The notes beneath the pieces were generated by a model. The model had not been told where the DNA came from. It did not search any database and was given only the letters and a program-made list of their open reading frames with translations. From contig OZ024742.1 of assembly GCA_964016885.1 (NCBI GenBank), forward strand, positions 253,022,001-253,086,000: a stretch of 64,000 bases of DNA, written 5' to 3'. Source of the DNA: Eledone cirrhosa (taxonomy: Eukaryota). Below, one piece after another: positions 1 to 13,216 of the stretch. The stretch's first letter is position 1; every line of letters starts with the position of its first letter. The position numbers were made by a program, and so were the translations under genes.

Positions 1-2510
1 AATTCTGTGACGCAAATAACCTAACTATCTGTAACACTAACTTCAAAAAACGAGACAATCACTTGATCACCTATAGATCGGGGGAACACGCAAGCCAGGT
101 AGATTATATCCTTACCAGGAGACGTGACAGAATGTCTGTTGTAAACACTAAATCCCTCCCCCATGATGAATGCACGTCTCAACATAGACTCATAATTAGC
201 GACCTCATAGTCAGGACGAGATGTATTTGACAACAGAAGAAGACTATCCTCAGGAGAAAAATATGGAAATTAAAGGACCCCACAGCCAGTCATAAATTTA
301 AAAGCATATTACTTGATGCTTTTGATAGTAAGGAATAGCAATTAGAGTCGTACAACATAGAGGAACAGTGGGAATTCCTGAAAGCTAACCTGCTGAAGGC
401 GACAGATGAAACCTGTGGCTGGAGCAGGCCTATAGGCAGGAGGAGAGTAACTTGGTGGTGGAACAGTAAGGTGGAGAGGTCAATCAAGGCCAAAAAGCAG
501 GCTTGGAAAGCATGGCGGGATGGGGGAAGTAGAGAAGACTATCAAGTGGCCAGGAGGGAAACTAGGAGACAAGTGTACTTCGCAAGAAGGGAAGCAGAGG
601 AAAGAAAGTTCAAGCATGTTCTACAACGTGAGGACCAAAAACGTGAGGTGTTCAGGATTGCTAGGCAATGTGTCAAGGAAAACAGTGATATTGTCGGGGA
701 GAAGTGTGTCCTACATGATGATGGTGTACTTGCCATCACTGACACTGATAAGAAGGTAGCTTGGAAGTGTCACTACGAAAGGCTACTAAATGAGGAGAAT
801 AATTGGGAGAAAGACAGTCTCCCCCACATCGACCCAATAGAGGGACCAGCAGTGCAAGTTGAAGGTAGTATAATAAGTAAGGCAATCAAAGACATGAAGA
901 CGGGCAAGGCGGTCGGGCCTTCGGAAATAGTTGCCGAAATGCCGAAAGCATCTGGAACGGTGGGACACACTATGGTCACCCGGATAGTAAACCAAGTCAT
1001 ACAGAATGGGGTCGTTCCGAAGGACTGGCGCAGAAGCATCATCATTAACTGCTACAAGGGTAAAGGTGATGCCCTAGATAGGGGAAACTATAGAGGCATT
1101 AAATTAATTGACCAGGTCATGAAGGTCACAGAAAAAGTAATAGCGCAACTAATCAGAGAGCGAATTGATCTAGACGAAATGCAGTTCGGGTTTGTGTCAG
1201 GTAAAAGTACAATAGACGCTCTTTTCATTGTACGACAACTACAGGAGAAGTACCTAGCTAAAAGTAAACCCCTATACTTAGCTTTTGTTGACTTGGAGAA
1301 AGCCTTTGACAGAGTACTTCGCTCGATTATCTGGTGGGCCCTTAGAAAACTAGGTGTTGATGAATGGCTTGTGAGAGCTATACAAGCCATGTATAAAGAA
1401 ACAGTCAGCAAGGTTAGAATTAACAACGAATATAGTGAAGAGTTTAGCGTAAAAGTTGGTGTTCATCAGGGCTCCGTCCTTAGCCCCCTACTATTTATTA
1501 TTGCCCTTCAGGCTATAACAGAGGAGTTCAAGACCGGCTGCCTATGGGAACTCCTATATGCAGATGATCTAACGCTCATAGCTGAATCAATGGCTGAACT
1601 AGAGAAGAAATTCCAAACATGGAAGCATGGCCTAGAATCAAAAGGCCTTAAAGTTAACTTGTCTAAGACTAAAGTTCTAGTTTGTAGGAAGGAAAATAGG
1701 GCACCGGTCCCATCTGGGAAATGGCCATGCTCAGTGTGTAGGAAAGGAGTAGGTAGAAACTCCATTTTATGTCCCAAATGCAAAGTATGGGTACATAAAA
1801 GATGTAGTGGGATCACAGGTAAGCTAACTAAGAATATAGATTTTATATGTGGCCGGTGCTTTGGTGCAATAAGTAGCAGCAAGTGCCCACAGAATACTAA
1901 CTCATTCCATTGCACAGATGGTTCTATAGAAATAGTGGACAGCTTCCGTTACCTGGGTGATAAAATCAGCAGTGGGGCAGGGTGCTCTGAAAGTACAGTA
2001 GCTAGAGTCAGAACGGGATGGAAAAAGTTCAGACAGCTTATACCACTATTGGCCGCTAAAGGGTTCTCTCTAAAAATGAAAGGCAGGCTGTATGATACCT
2101 GCATACGAACAGCAATGTTACATGGCAGTGAGACCTGGGCATTGTGTGCAGAGGATATACGCAGACTGGAGAGGAACGAAGCTTGCATGCCCCGCTGGAT
2201 GTGTAATAGTAATATACGTGAACAGCAAAGCATAAATGAACTAAGGGAGAAATTAGAAATAAGAGGGATCAGATGTTTACTCGAGAGAAGACTACGTTGT
2301 TATGGTCACGTGATGCGCATGAAAGACGACAGCTGTATAAAAAAGTGCAGGGCAATAAAAATAGACGGTAGCCACGGAGTAGGCAAACCCAGAAAAACCT
2401 GGGACGACTTGATAAATTCTGACCTCACACACTTACACCTCTCCAAGACAATGTCACTGGACCGAGATCTTTGGCGCTACACAGTAATAGAGAAGACCCG
2501 CCTTACCTAA
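1..2510 (+). pseudogene. APE-RT-PHD polyprotein of RTE copy A, interrupted by an in-frame TAG at 336-338
   Basis: ORF 471-2510 is in frame with upstream APE codons; gaa TAG caa here vs gaa gag cat in the 55-58 kb copy. Confidence 0.85.
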
Positions 2511-2905
2511 GTGCAAAGTGAAACCTACTACAGTCAGTAGGCACCTCTAACAAAATACACCCCCGTTCCACTACCCCCACCCTATCCACACCACCCCTTT
2601 CAATGTAAAGTTATGTTGGTACCACAACATCCAGCCTGAAACAAATGAGGTCGTGTAGGTGTCACGACAAAAAAAACACACAGTCCGCGCTGTAATGTGG
2701 CCGTGTAGGTAACACGGTAAAAACCTCCCAGTTCCACACTGTAAATGTGGTTGGTGTTAGGAAGGGCATCCAGCCGTAGAAAACCCGCCAGACAGTCCTA
2801 TGCGAGCGAGACAACCACTCTTGCCTCAAGTGGGAAAACTCCCGTCCAAACCCATGCGAGCGTGGAATATGGACGTTAAACGAAGATGATGATGATGATG
2901 ATGAT
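1..2905 (+). mobile_element. RTE-clade LINE (PHD-RTE family, copy A), 5' end outside the window
   Basis: End of APE domain (QVDYIL, SQHRL), RT motifs (FVDLEKAFD, GVHQGSVLSPLLF, YADD, FRYLG), RTE C-terminus (GKPRKTW), 3'UTR motif tggttggtgttaggaagggcatccagc and (GAT)n tail. Confidence 0.95.
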
Positions 2906-3590
2906 TTGTTTTCTCTACTAGCAAGGGTTGAATGGGTTGTCACAAGCTGTGTCAATATGCAAACAGAGTTATTGACCTAAGAAGGTTGTCATATTTTTGA
3001 CACAGCTGAAGAGTCCAGAAAATTGGTAGAATTGTTATGTTGTTGGATGTATTGCTTTGCAGTATTTGTTCCATCACTCTGCACTTAATTCAAATTCTGC
3101 TGAGGAAAACATTACCTTTCATCCTTTTGGGATATCAATAATAAAGTACCAGTCCAATACTAGGATTTATTTATCTCTGTGGAAGAAATCAGCTGTAGTC
3201 AAAGATAGAGAGTGTTGGGAGCTAGCAACCTGTGAAGTAATGTGTAAGTGTTTGTGTAATCCACAGACACCTTTAACATCATTCCCAAGCCAAATCAGTT
3301 TGATACAATATATGTCCATCCAGTAGGTTTCCACACAGTTTCTATCTACTTAATTTTCATTCATCTGACCCAAAGCTATAGTAAAGACACTTGTCCAAGA
3401 TGTAAGTCTTGAGACTATGGTAAAGATATTTGCCCTAGATACCATGTACAATGAACTAACTCTGAACCTCATGATTGCACATTGGGTTTCTTAATCTTTC
3501 AACCAGCTGTCTCCACATGTATCTTTAAACATACAACATCAACATTAAAAGTTAAAAATTTATTTGTGGTTTCACTTTCCTTATTTGCAG

Positions 3591-3770
3591 GACATTTTTG
3601 TGACTCTGTCCCAACTGGATAGCAATCTCTATTTTATGTGTAACATTGATGACTTCAAATTTCTGGCTGACATGATAGAACACGTCCCTCTATCTCTGAG
3701 GGTTCGTTATGTCTTTTGTTGTTCTCCAATTCCCAAAAAACAACCCTTTGTTTGCACGGGTTTTCTCAAG
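3591..3770 (+). CDS. SUPV3L1: SUV3 mitochondrial RNA helicase, internal exon ([60 protein letters not shown])
   Basis: ttgcag|GAC acceptor, AAG|gtttgt donor, 180 nt, phase 0/0; peptide matches the SUV3 C-terminal region as recalled (DDFKF..[15 protein letters not shown]..PI.KKQPFVC). Confidence 0.93.
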
Positions 3771-4718
3771 GTTTGTCAACTTTTTTCATACTTCTTCAAC
3801 TGAAAAATGAATAAAATTTTCTAATTTTCAGACAGGGGATAATTCTTTTGGATGGAATCAATTAAATTTTAGGGTTTAGGTTTTTTATCAACTTCATTAC
3901 TACAATGTAAATAAATTAACTATTTCATTATTGTATTTCTAATTAAATATGTACCAGTCTTCATCTTCATCATTTAATATTTGCTGTCCCTGCTAAGAAG
4001 GGAAGGAGAGGTCATCAACAGACCAAGTTGGTACTGAAGCAGAGCTACTGATTCTTCAGATGGACTGGAAGTCTGCATTTGGCTTATATACATTCCTGCG
4101 CTCTACTGAGAGTTGAGACGGGCTGGTGGTCTGCAACTCCCTTACATATGATCTCATGCTATACTAAGTGCACTTTATCATGACACCAACAGTAGGGAAA
4201 TTGTCATGTTTGTGACACAGCTGAACAGTCTTCTACTCATTGCTATTGGGACAGAGTTGGTTACCTGCAGGAGTGATCTCTGTGAGTTGGAATGACTGTT
4301 CCAGCATGTCTCCCTTGCCATCCTCTGAGGCAACATCTTCTCTATTCTGTCCCTAGGGATGACAAGGCAGATTAATCCTTAAATATGAGTGAAGTTGTTT
4401 GTGTCTAGAAGGTCAAATGAGAATCCAAGTGTAGACTTGATAGCGAAATTTAGATTGAAATTTTTATATCTGTACTAATGGACAGATTTTTGTGAAAATT
4501 TGCTGTAAACTTAAGTAAAAACTTTAATACTTAATGTATGCAGTCATGGTGCTGTTTTGTATATTTCAAGAATGTCTTGCTAATGTGGCTTCATATGGTA
4601 CATGGCATTAAAGGTTAGCCCCTCCCCTACTCAGAAACTCATCCACCATCCAAATAGTTAACATTCTTTTCAAAACCTACTTTATCAAGTTTAACTTATA
4701 TTTCTATTTATTTCACAG

Positions 4719-4867
4719 TTTGCTCGTCGCTTTAGTTCTAATGAACCATTGACATTTGACTGGCTTTGTAAACAAATTGATTGGCCATTTAAGCCACCAA
4801 ATCTTCTGTCTGACCTCGTACATCTTGAAGGAGTCTTTGATGTTCTTGATCTTTATCTGTGGCTTAG
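4719..4867 (+). CDS. SUPV3L1: SUV3 penultimate exon ([50 protein letters not shown])
   Basis: tttcacag|TTT acceptor, AG|gtgagt donor, 149 nt, phase 0/2; SUV3_C motif [13 protein letters not shown]; missed by the ORF track in this frame. Confidence 0.93.
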
Positions 4868-5009
4868 GTGAGTATAATATATTTCTTTATCCCAAGAATG
4901 TCAATGTCATCACTCATATTATTCTCCTTCAGTATTCTGTCCACTACAAGAGATAGTCCTCTTCAGTATACTGTCCACTCCAGGACATATTCATCTTCAG
5001 TATAATGTC

Positions 5010-6300
5010 CAAAGGAGGTACTGAAAATCTGGAGAAAAGGAGGAATAGTGCTTCTACCCAAGAAGGGTGACCTGGGAGGTACAGCAAATTATAGAAAAAT
5101 TACTTTGTCAGTAGTTGCTGCTAAAATCTACAACAGAATGCTATTAAACAGAATTAGACCACATCAAGACTCAGAATAAATCAAAATGGTTTCTGACGGA
5201 ATAGATCAACTGTCTCACACATTTTGACTCTGCAGAGGCTTCTAGAAGGTGTCAGATCAAAGAAATTGAAAGCTGTACTAACTTTCATTGAATTTAAAAT
5301 GGGTTTTGACTCCATCCACATAGGAAAGCTTATATCAGTCCTGGCTGCATATGGCATACCTAATTCCATAGTTTCTGCTATTAATGTACTCTACATAAAC
5401 ACGGAGACTCAAGTTCTCTCTCCTGATGGTGATACCAAGTTTTTTGATATCCTAGTGGGTGACACATTGGCACTATATCTTTTCATAATCGCTTGGACTA
5501 TGCTATGGGGGAAGCCAATATTAATGAACAAAATCTCGGTTTTACATTGACACAAAGGACAAGTAGCCGAAACCCATCAATTATTATGTGATACAGATTT
5601 TGCTGGTGACATAGCTCTTTTATTAAATACCATTGATCAAGGTCAAGAACCTCTTCATCAAGTGAATTCTCTGCTAGGAAAATGTGTCTATACATAAATA
5701 TTACTAAGAGTACATGCCACTAAATCAAGATGGAAATCTTGCCACATTGGATGGTGGAATACTGAATCAAGTTAATGATTTTCTATATTTGGGCAGCTGA
5801 ATGAGTTCATCAAAAAAGAACATTGATATTAGAATTTCAAAAGTCTGGGCTGCAGTGAACAAAATAGAAAGGATATGGGAGTCAGATCTACCTAAAAAAA
5901 GAAAAATATTCTTCAGAACATCTGTTGAATCAGTCAGTGTTGTATAGATCAGATGAAACTAGATGGTGCATACTCTAAAATGTTTAAGGTTGTACAAACA
6001 ACTGATATCAACATATTACAATTGAAAATTTATATGGAAACTTGCCTAAGACAACAAATAAAATTGCTCAAAGATGGTTACAATTTTGCAGAACATTGCT
6101 GGAGAAGTTAGCAGGAAGTTATACACAAGTTACTATTGTTGGAACCAACTCAGGAAAAACAGTACAGGAAGATCTTCTTGAACCTTCATTGATCAACTCT
6201 CTGTCGATACAAACGTCAGTAGGGTGCAGTTGCTAGCAGCAATGGAAAATCGTGAATTGTGGACTGACTTTGTCATGAATGTTTGACTGGTTGCAATGAT
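5010..6300 (+). mobile_element. Degenerate RTE-type LINE fragment in the last SUV3 intron
   Basis: Decayed RT motifs (PKKGDL..ANYR, FIEFKMGFDSI, AYGIP, GDTLALYLF, DFLYLG); resembles the 50-53 kb element. Confidence 0.8.
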
Positions 6301-6507
6301 GATCTGTGTTATATAGTGTGTCTATATGTAAATATGTTATATTTTGTATCTATATCTATGTATATGTTATACTGTGTAGCTGTTTATATATAAGTGTGTG
6401 TGTGTTATATATATATATGTTATATTGTGTATCTATATATATGTTATACTTTGTATATGCAATAAAATAAAATAAATAATAATACATTTTTTATTTTCCA
6501 ATTTCAG

Positions 6508-6988
6508 TTACCGTTTCCCAGACATGTTTCCTGATGTTGAACAAGTGCGATACATGCAACTCGAACTGGACTCCATCATTCAGGCTGGTGTCCTAAACAT
6601 CACCAACTTGTTGAAGTCCAGCAAGCAACACACGACTGGTGTGAACGTCATTGATGATGAGGACGACTTTGACATGCACAATCGGCTGAAAAGATCCCTG
6701 AAGACAACTCATATATCACAGACAGATGTCGAAGATTTGGAATCTTATTCCTCTGATTCCTTGGATGAGCAAGATAAAAGAATCACTAGTAGCAAAAAGA
6801 CTCTTACAGATTCTTACAGAAATGCTAGAAACCTGCAGAGTGTGGGTAGACTGGAGCCAGGCCAGGGTAAACTTACTTCATATTTGTTGAAAAAAGGTTT
6901 GTTGACACCCAAAGTCCTTCGCAAACTTCAAGAAGAATGGTCATTAGAAGTTGACTCTTATAAATATCATAAAAATAAGAAAAAATGA
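6508..6988 (+). CDS. SUPV3L1: SUV3 terminal exon (S-YRFPDMFPDVEQVRYMQLELDSIIQAGVLNIT...KNKKK*)
   Basis: atttcag|T completes the phase-2 AGT codon; YRFxDMFPD motif; joins ORF 6524-6988; stop TGA. Confidence 0.92.
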
Positions 6989-7030
6989 TTACAATTTAAA
7001 AAAAAACAGAAAAAACAATTATAGAACAAT

Positions 7031-7036
7031 AATAAA
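7031..7036 (+). promoter_or_regulatory. Candidate polyadenylation signal of SUV3 (alternative AATAAA at 7101-7106)
   Basis: AATAAA about 40 nt after the stop, followed by T-rich sequence. Confidence 0.45.
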
Positions 7037-7234
7037 ATCGATTTCTATTTTTAATTTATTTTCATTCCATTTGAAAAACATCTTTCTTTTTTGGAAGGCA
7101 AATAAATCTGGAGTGCCTTAATTATCTCCCCTTTTCAAGGGAGATAACACCTCTACTATTGCAATATTTGCGTTACTTTTTCTAGCCCTACTTCTTTGCC
7201 AGTAAAATCTTTCCTTAGATGTTCTAACCACACT

Positions 7235-7942
7235 CGAGGTGGTATCAAAAGGTTCCCAGACAAGTTATATTTAAAAATAAAACTGATATATTTACCTAAG
7301 TTTTAACATCATCGCCTTCGAAATAGTCACCTTATGCAGCGTTCCTGCCGCTTTTGGAATCTGGCCTGGAAGTCGTTTTCCATAAGTGACTTGAGGATCT
7401 TCTGCAATTCGCTCTGGATCTTGGCAATGGTGTTAAAACGACTAACTTTGAGCTGCATTTTCAGCTTGGAGAAAAGATAGAAGTCCGCAGGTACTAAATC
7501 TGGCGAATAGGGCGGGTGCGGAAGTGATACAATGTTGTTTTGGGCAAGAAACTCACGAGAGAGAAGAGCTCGGTGACAGGGTGCATTGAGCTACAACTTT
7601 TGAAGCACCCGTGCCACTCGAAACATTGCATATGACTCGGTGTCTCGTTGCCATAAGCTTGCCAAACCATACTCCATATCTCTGTAGCAGACTTCCCAAG
7701 TTGAATGCAAAATTCCATGTTGGCTCTTTGGTCCAACTTTCTTACCATGAAAAACCCACAGGCTAGAGCATACATGTGATCACAAAAACACAAATTTCAC
7801 AACTTGTGAAATCAACACAGTCATGTCACTCGGTACACTGGTGCATGAAGGTCACTGTTAGCTCTCGTGGTGTGTACAACTGTGTGTTGCTATCTGTTGG
7901 CACGCTACAGAACTAGTCTGGAAAGTTTTTGATAACACCTCG
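7235..7942 (-). mobile_element. Internally deleted mariner (Tc1/mariner) element
   Basis: TIRs cgaggtggtatcaaaaggttcccaga / tctggaaagtttttgataacacctcg followed by TA; HTH remnant QRANMEFCIQLGKSATE..AYG..CFEW; C-terminal GDYFEG on the minus strand. Confidence 0.88.
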
Positions 7943-8326
7943 TACCTGTACTATCAAAACTGTGATCTCGTGATGTGAAGAAGTACCAGCTCCACCTGGA
8001 GTGACTCCCTTATCTCAGGATCACGTACTCTATCGAGTAACGTTACTTCAAAGACCTTACGGAGGAACTCAATTTCGGCGGCTTGTTTTCGTAATCATAT
8101 TATTTCAGCTATTACCCAAGATTCATGACTGTAACTAAGGGGAGGTATGAACGCACAAAACAAATGTTAACCGTTGGTTCTATGATACAGAACTAATTGT
8201 TTTAAAAGGTTTACATTTTTTTTTAAATCTTCAATTATAATTTGGTGCAAAAACATTTGTTCTATTCCAAACATCAGCTTAATAACGAGAAAGTTTTATA
8301 ATGAAAATTTGATAATTTGCAAAATA

Positions 8327-9428
8327 TCATCATCATCGTTTAACGTCCATCTTCCATGCTTGCATGGGTTTGGACGGGAGTTTTCCCACTTGAGGCAAGA
8401 GTGGTTGTCTTGCTCGCATAGGACTGTCTGGCGGGTTTTCTACGGCTGGATGCCCTTCCTAACACCAACCACGTTTACAGTGTGGACTGGGAGGTTTTTA
8501 CCGTGTTACCTACACGGCCACATTACAGCGTGGACTGTGTGTTTTTTTGTCGTGACACCTACACGACCTCATTTGTTTCGGACTGGATGTTGTGGTACCA
8601 ACAAAACTTTACATTGAAAGGGGTCGGGGTAGTGGGACGGGGGTGTATTTTGTTAGCGGTGCCTACTGACTGTAGTAGGTTTCACTTTGTACTTAGCTAA
8701 GGCGGGTCTTCTGTATTACTGTGTAGCGCCAAAAATCTCGGTCCAGTGACATTGTCTTGGAGAGGTGTAAGTGTGTGAGGTCGGAATTTATCAAGTCGTC
8801 CCAGGTTTTTCTGGGTCTGCCTACTCCGTAGCTACCATCTATTTTTATTGCCCTGCACTTTTTTATACAGCTGTCGTCTTTCATGCACATCACGTGACCA
8901 TACCAACGTAGTCTTCTCTCGAGTAAACAACATCTGATCCCTCTTATTTCTAATTTTTCCCTTAATTCGTTTATGCTTTGCCGTTCATGTATATTACTAT
9001 TACACATCCAGCGGGGCATGCAAGCTTCGTTCCTCTCCAGTCTGCGTATATCCTCTGCACACAATGCCCAGGTCTCAATGCCATATAACATTTCTGTTCG
9101 TATGCAGGCATCATACAGCCTGCCTTTCATTTTTAGAGAGAACCCTTTAGCAGCTAATAGTGGTATAAGCTCTCTGAACTTTTTCCATCCAGTTCTGACT
9201 CTAGCTACTGTACTTTCAGAGCACCCTGCCCCACTGCTGATTTTGTCACCCAAGTAATGGAAGGTGTCCACTATTTCTATAGAACCATCTGTGCAATGGA
9301 ATGAGCTAGTATTCTGTGGGCACTTGCTGCTACTTATTGCACCAGAGCACCGGCCACATATAAAATCTATATTCTTAGTTAGCTTACCTGTGATCCCACT
9401 ACATCTTTTATGCACCCATACTTTGCAT
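8327..9428 (-). mobile_element. 5'-truncated PHD-RTE LINE copy
   Basis: ORF 8693-9436 near-identical to the copy A C-terminus; 3'UTR and (GAT)n tail at about 8327. Confidence 0.95.
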
Positions 9429-9471
9429 AATTTCAATAAATATATACTTTAGTAATCGGAACTATATATAA

Positions 9472-9653
9472 TAATTGTTTCTACTTTTGGCACAAGGCCA
9501 GAAATTAACCCAGCGCATTACTGGTAGTTTATTTTATCGACTCGTAAGGATCGCAAAGTTAACCTCGGCGGGATTTGAACTCAGAATGGCAAGGGCCGTA
9601 ACTCTATGCGTCAAATGGTGTCCGACCCTCTACCGATACTGCCAATCCACCGA
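9472..9653 (-). mobile_element. tRNA-derived SINE (Nin/Deu-like core)
   Basis: Reverse complement of ggtggattggcagtatcggtagag...ctgagttcaaatccc (B box)...gataaaat..taccagt; several copies in window. Confidence 0.85.
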
Positions 9654-10279
9654 AGGTTTCTAATTAGTTATACAAATATTAAACTTACTTTAAATCTTCT
9701 AATATATCTTTTCTTAAATAGCATGAATATTTACTATTTAATTTCTCTTTTTGTTTATTCAATATAATCTTCATCTTCGAAAACGTATTTCTGCAAAATG
9801 TCATTAAAAATTATATATCATTAAGAAAATTATGAGTTAATAATCAGTGAGGTAGCCTGAAAACTAAACTGTAGTTTAGCCACAAGTAATTTAAAATATG
9901 ACTTAAATCTAAGGAAGACAGGAGGAAATAATATTTTAGATCGATAAATGATATAAAGTGCTCTACTGGTGAACAAGCTCGATGCTTTGATGGGAAACAA
10001 CTCTTATCGTCAAGCAATATAATCTATAAAATAAAGGGAGATAATTACATTATTCAGAGTATTTTTTCCGGCAGATCTGCTGTTCCTATTCGAGTTCACA
10101 CCTAGCTACGGTCAATTTAATTTTCATCCTTTCGATAGTGATGAATAAGTTAACATTATAGGGCGGTCGACCGGTGGATTTTCTAGATTTTGGACGTAAA
10201 CCTTATCCGGACTCTTTGTGTTCTGTGGCCTACTGAAATGGTATACTTAATTTTAGCCCAATATAACAACGAAGAAAAA

Positions 10280-10575
10280 TAGTGGTTAATGTGTTCAGCA
10301 CTAGATCCTAAGGTCGTGAGTTTGATTTCTGGCATCCAGTTGTATCCGTGAACAAATCACTTTATTTCATGTTTCTACAACAAGCAAACATGAGTTGTAC
10401 CGATGATTAAAAGGACCAGCTTTTCACACATTACATCATGCTGAATCTCCCTGAGAACTACGTTAAAGGTACATATGTCTATGGAATGATCAGCTACGTT
10501 GATTTTACCAGCAGTCTGTTCCGTCGTTCAAACAGTTGGAACACTCATCATTAGAACTGAAGGAGGTTCAAAACA
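10280..10575 (+). mobile_element. Degenerate tRNA-headed SINE of a second family
   Basis: A/B-box-like tagtggttaat...ggtcgtgagtttgatttc head, followed by CA repeats. Confidence 0.5.
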
Positions 10576-10820
10576 CACACACACATTCGCACTGATACAC
10601 AGACTGACACAGAGACACAGGCACACACACACACACACACACGCACAGGCACAGATACACAGTCATAGATACACACACACCTGTTCTTTTACTGGATTCC
10701 TGCCATTAGACTGTGACAATGCTGAAGGTATTTTATCAATTATATCAATCCCAGTACTAACTTCTCCACATCTGGTGCTTATTTTAACGATTTTAAACAA
10801 ATATATATATATATATATAT

Positions 10821-11238
10821 AAAACAAAATTTGTTTTCGCTCTTAACATGTGGATACCTAAATGTATTCATGAGTGAATAATGATAATATTATTAATATT
10901 TGGTTTGTTTGCAAGCAAACAGCCTCATAAACACCATGTGTGTTTTCTAGAGGAACAACGTCATCATTTTGTTCCAGCAGTAGCTGAAAGAAAACAATCC
11001 ACAATTACTTCAGAGTTTTTGCTCCTCATCGAGATTGTGTATTCTCATCTCTGATACCTTCTGGAACTGCTGAGAATACATAGTATTCTCAAATGTATAC
11101 ATTGGCTGATTAGCCTCATTTGCATACCTAACGATTTTATGGCTGGCTTTGCTGAAAATTAAAAAACAAAATTTGTTTTCGCTCTTAACATGGTGGATTC
11201 CTAAATGTATTCATGAGTGAATAATAATATTATAATAA
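10821..11238 (-). repeat. ~342 bp unit bounded by ~75 bp direct repeats, containing a decayed hammerhead-like motif
   Basis: aaaacaaaatttgttttcgctcttaacatg..taaatgtattcatgagtgaataat at 10821 and 11163; hammerhead-like fold at 10994-11038 (-). Confidence 0.65.
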
Positions 11239-11282
11239 TATCGTTTTTGAATTTGTTTTGCGAGATTTCTTATCTGAAAACA

Positions 11283-12725
11283 GATATTGTTATACTTTGG
11301 GAGGGTCATGCTGCTAATAAAACCTAGTCACTGAGGAGGTCACAGAATGCGTGACGAAAGAGCTTTGACAATATATAAACAACCTTTCGGTTATTGAACA
11401 AACCAGCCAGCCAACTGGAAACTTATAATAAATTGAAGTGAAAACCAACAGGTTCATGTGTTTTTATTGCCTGCATGACCCCTCCCAAAGTATAACAATA
11501 TAATAATATCATAATCTTGGCTCCATCCTTGCACCCCAATAGTTGCCCTCCTCTCCCACATATCTGACACCAACCACACCCTCCGCTTCTCCGATCCTTC
11601 ATTTTTCCACTTGGCCCTCACTCTCCTTTTCACCATTGACATCAAACCTCTCTACATGATTGTTCCAGATGCTGAAGGCCTAAGTGCCCTCCAACACATC
11701 CTCAACCTTCACCCTTCCCCTCAACCCTCCACCTCCACCCTCACCAGCCTTGCTGAGCTGGTCCTCATCCTCAACTACTTTTCCTTCTTGGATGAGTCCT
11801 ACCAACAGATAACTGGCATGGAGATGGACATGGGCACCAGAATGGTCCCTATCTATGCCAACCTATTTGACATCTTTGTCTCCATTGACCCCTTCCCATC
11901 GTTCCCTCATCATCTCTACCTTCTTCAAACCCACCGACTCCCACTCTTACCATGATTTTACCTCATTCCACCCCACTCATACCAAACACTCCATCCCCTA
12001 CTCCCAATTTTTCTGTCTCTGCCACCTATGCTGTTGAACCCATGACTTTGAGGCTCAGGCCCATTACATGGCTAGATTCTTCCCTGGTCCATGCTGCCCT
12101 CACCAGTCCCTCACTCCACACCTCTGTCCTCCACCAACTGACTCCTATTCCCGCTTACCTACCTCACCTCCACCTTGCCTCTCCTGAGAAAAGTCGTCAG
12201 GCTCTTTCTCTACCTTTAGTTAGACCTGCTTCATCTCCACCATCATCCCCCTCCCAACACTCCTCTCCTTCAAGCATGCTCGTAACCTCCAAAATCTCCT
12301 TGTCTGCAGTTCCTTTCTTCAAACTCCTTTCCTGGATCCCACTTTTGCTCCCGACTTCATGCCACATATGTAATTTCGTCACCACCATCACCACCCTCTG
12401 TGGGCCCAATGGCCAATCTTTCCAATCCAGGGACTCCTTCCATTGCCTCTCCTCCAGCCTTGTCTATGGGGTCTGTTGTATGTTATGCAAGGCTGTCTAC
12501 ATTGGACAAACCAGTCGCTGATTAGTGGACATGTTCGCCAAACATCTCTGGGACATTCAGCTAGGCACCCAGTCTCCAGTCACCAGGTATCTCCACTCTT
12601 CTGGACACTTCACCCACCACCTCACTGCTTTCAACCTCGTTGCTTGCTCTGCAGCCTCTGACACACCTGAGAACAGAGCAGCAGATTATTTTCTCTCTCC
12701 AGACCTAAAGCGGAAACAACCTTAA
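11283..12725 (+). mobile_element. Penelope-like element remnant (RT + GIY-YIG) with adjacent inverted pLTR piece
   Basis: RT: LLFTIDIKPLY, LAELVLILNYFSF..YQQITG..MGTRM.P.YANLF, FFKPTDSHSY; GIY-YIG: SLVYGVCC.LC..YIGQT; inverted repeat 11285-11323 / 11460-11500. Confidence 0.85.
11327..11369 (+). ncRNA. Minimal type-I hammerhead ribozyme-like motif
   Basis: gtca-CTGAGGA-g-gtcac(agaatgc)gtgac-GAAA-gagc-TT-tgac. Confidence 0.6.
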
Positions 12726-13216
12726 CTCACCACCCCTCTTCCTTTAGCCTTTCTCATGAATCCCCACACCCATTCTTACACCAACACATGCACACTACTA
12801 CATCAACACACCCATAAACACCAACACAACTAATTAATCAACTACACCTATATGATCTCGATACATAATTAATCCCATTAATGGTACTAAGTAATTAACA
12901 GACCATTCTCATACCAACAACTAACCACTACTAATTAACTAACTCTTCTTACTATATTCACACCATGCTCCTTTACCACAAATACACACACATATACACA
13001 CACAGCTCCAATCCTATACCACCATTGTGCACCACACCCAGTCACCTCCTACCCCCTGACCTCTTCCTCATGTGGCAACTTCCTAAAATTGCCCAGCTCT
13101 AACCACCCATATATGACAGACCAGAACATTTATGTAACACTAGTCACAATCACACCAATAGAAACAAAAACTCACCAATATTTACTCACATGCATATGTA
13201 TATACAAATGTATATA

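Noticed and set aside
542-2233. Recurrent antisense ORFs within RTE copies (also at 39-40 kb and 56-58 kb)
   Set aside because: Shadow ORFs of the RT frame, recurring only because the copies are near-identical
3564-3803. ORF-track start and stop for the SUV3-like peptide
   Set aside because: The flanks are intronic; the real exon is 3591-3770. ORF 4756-4956 is the wrong frame of the next exon
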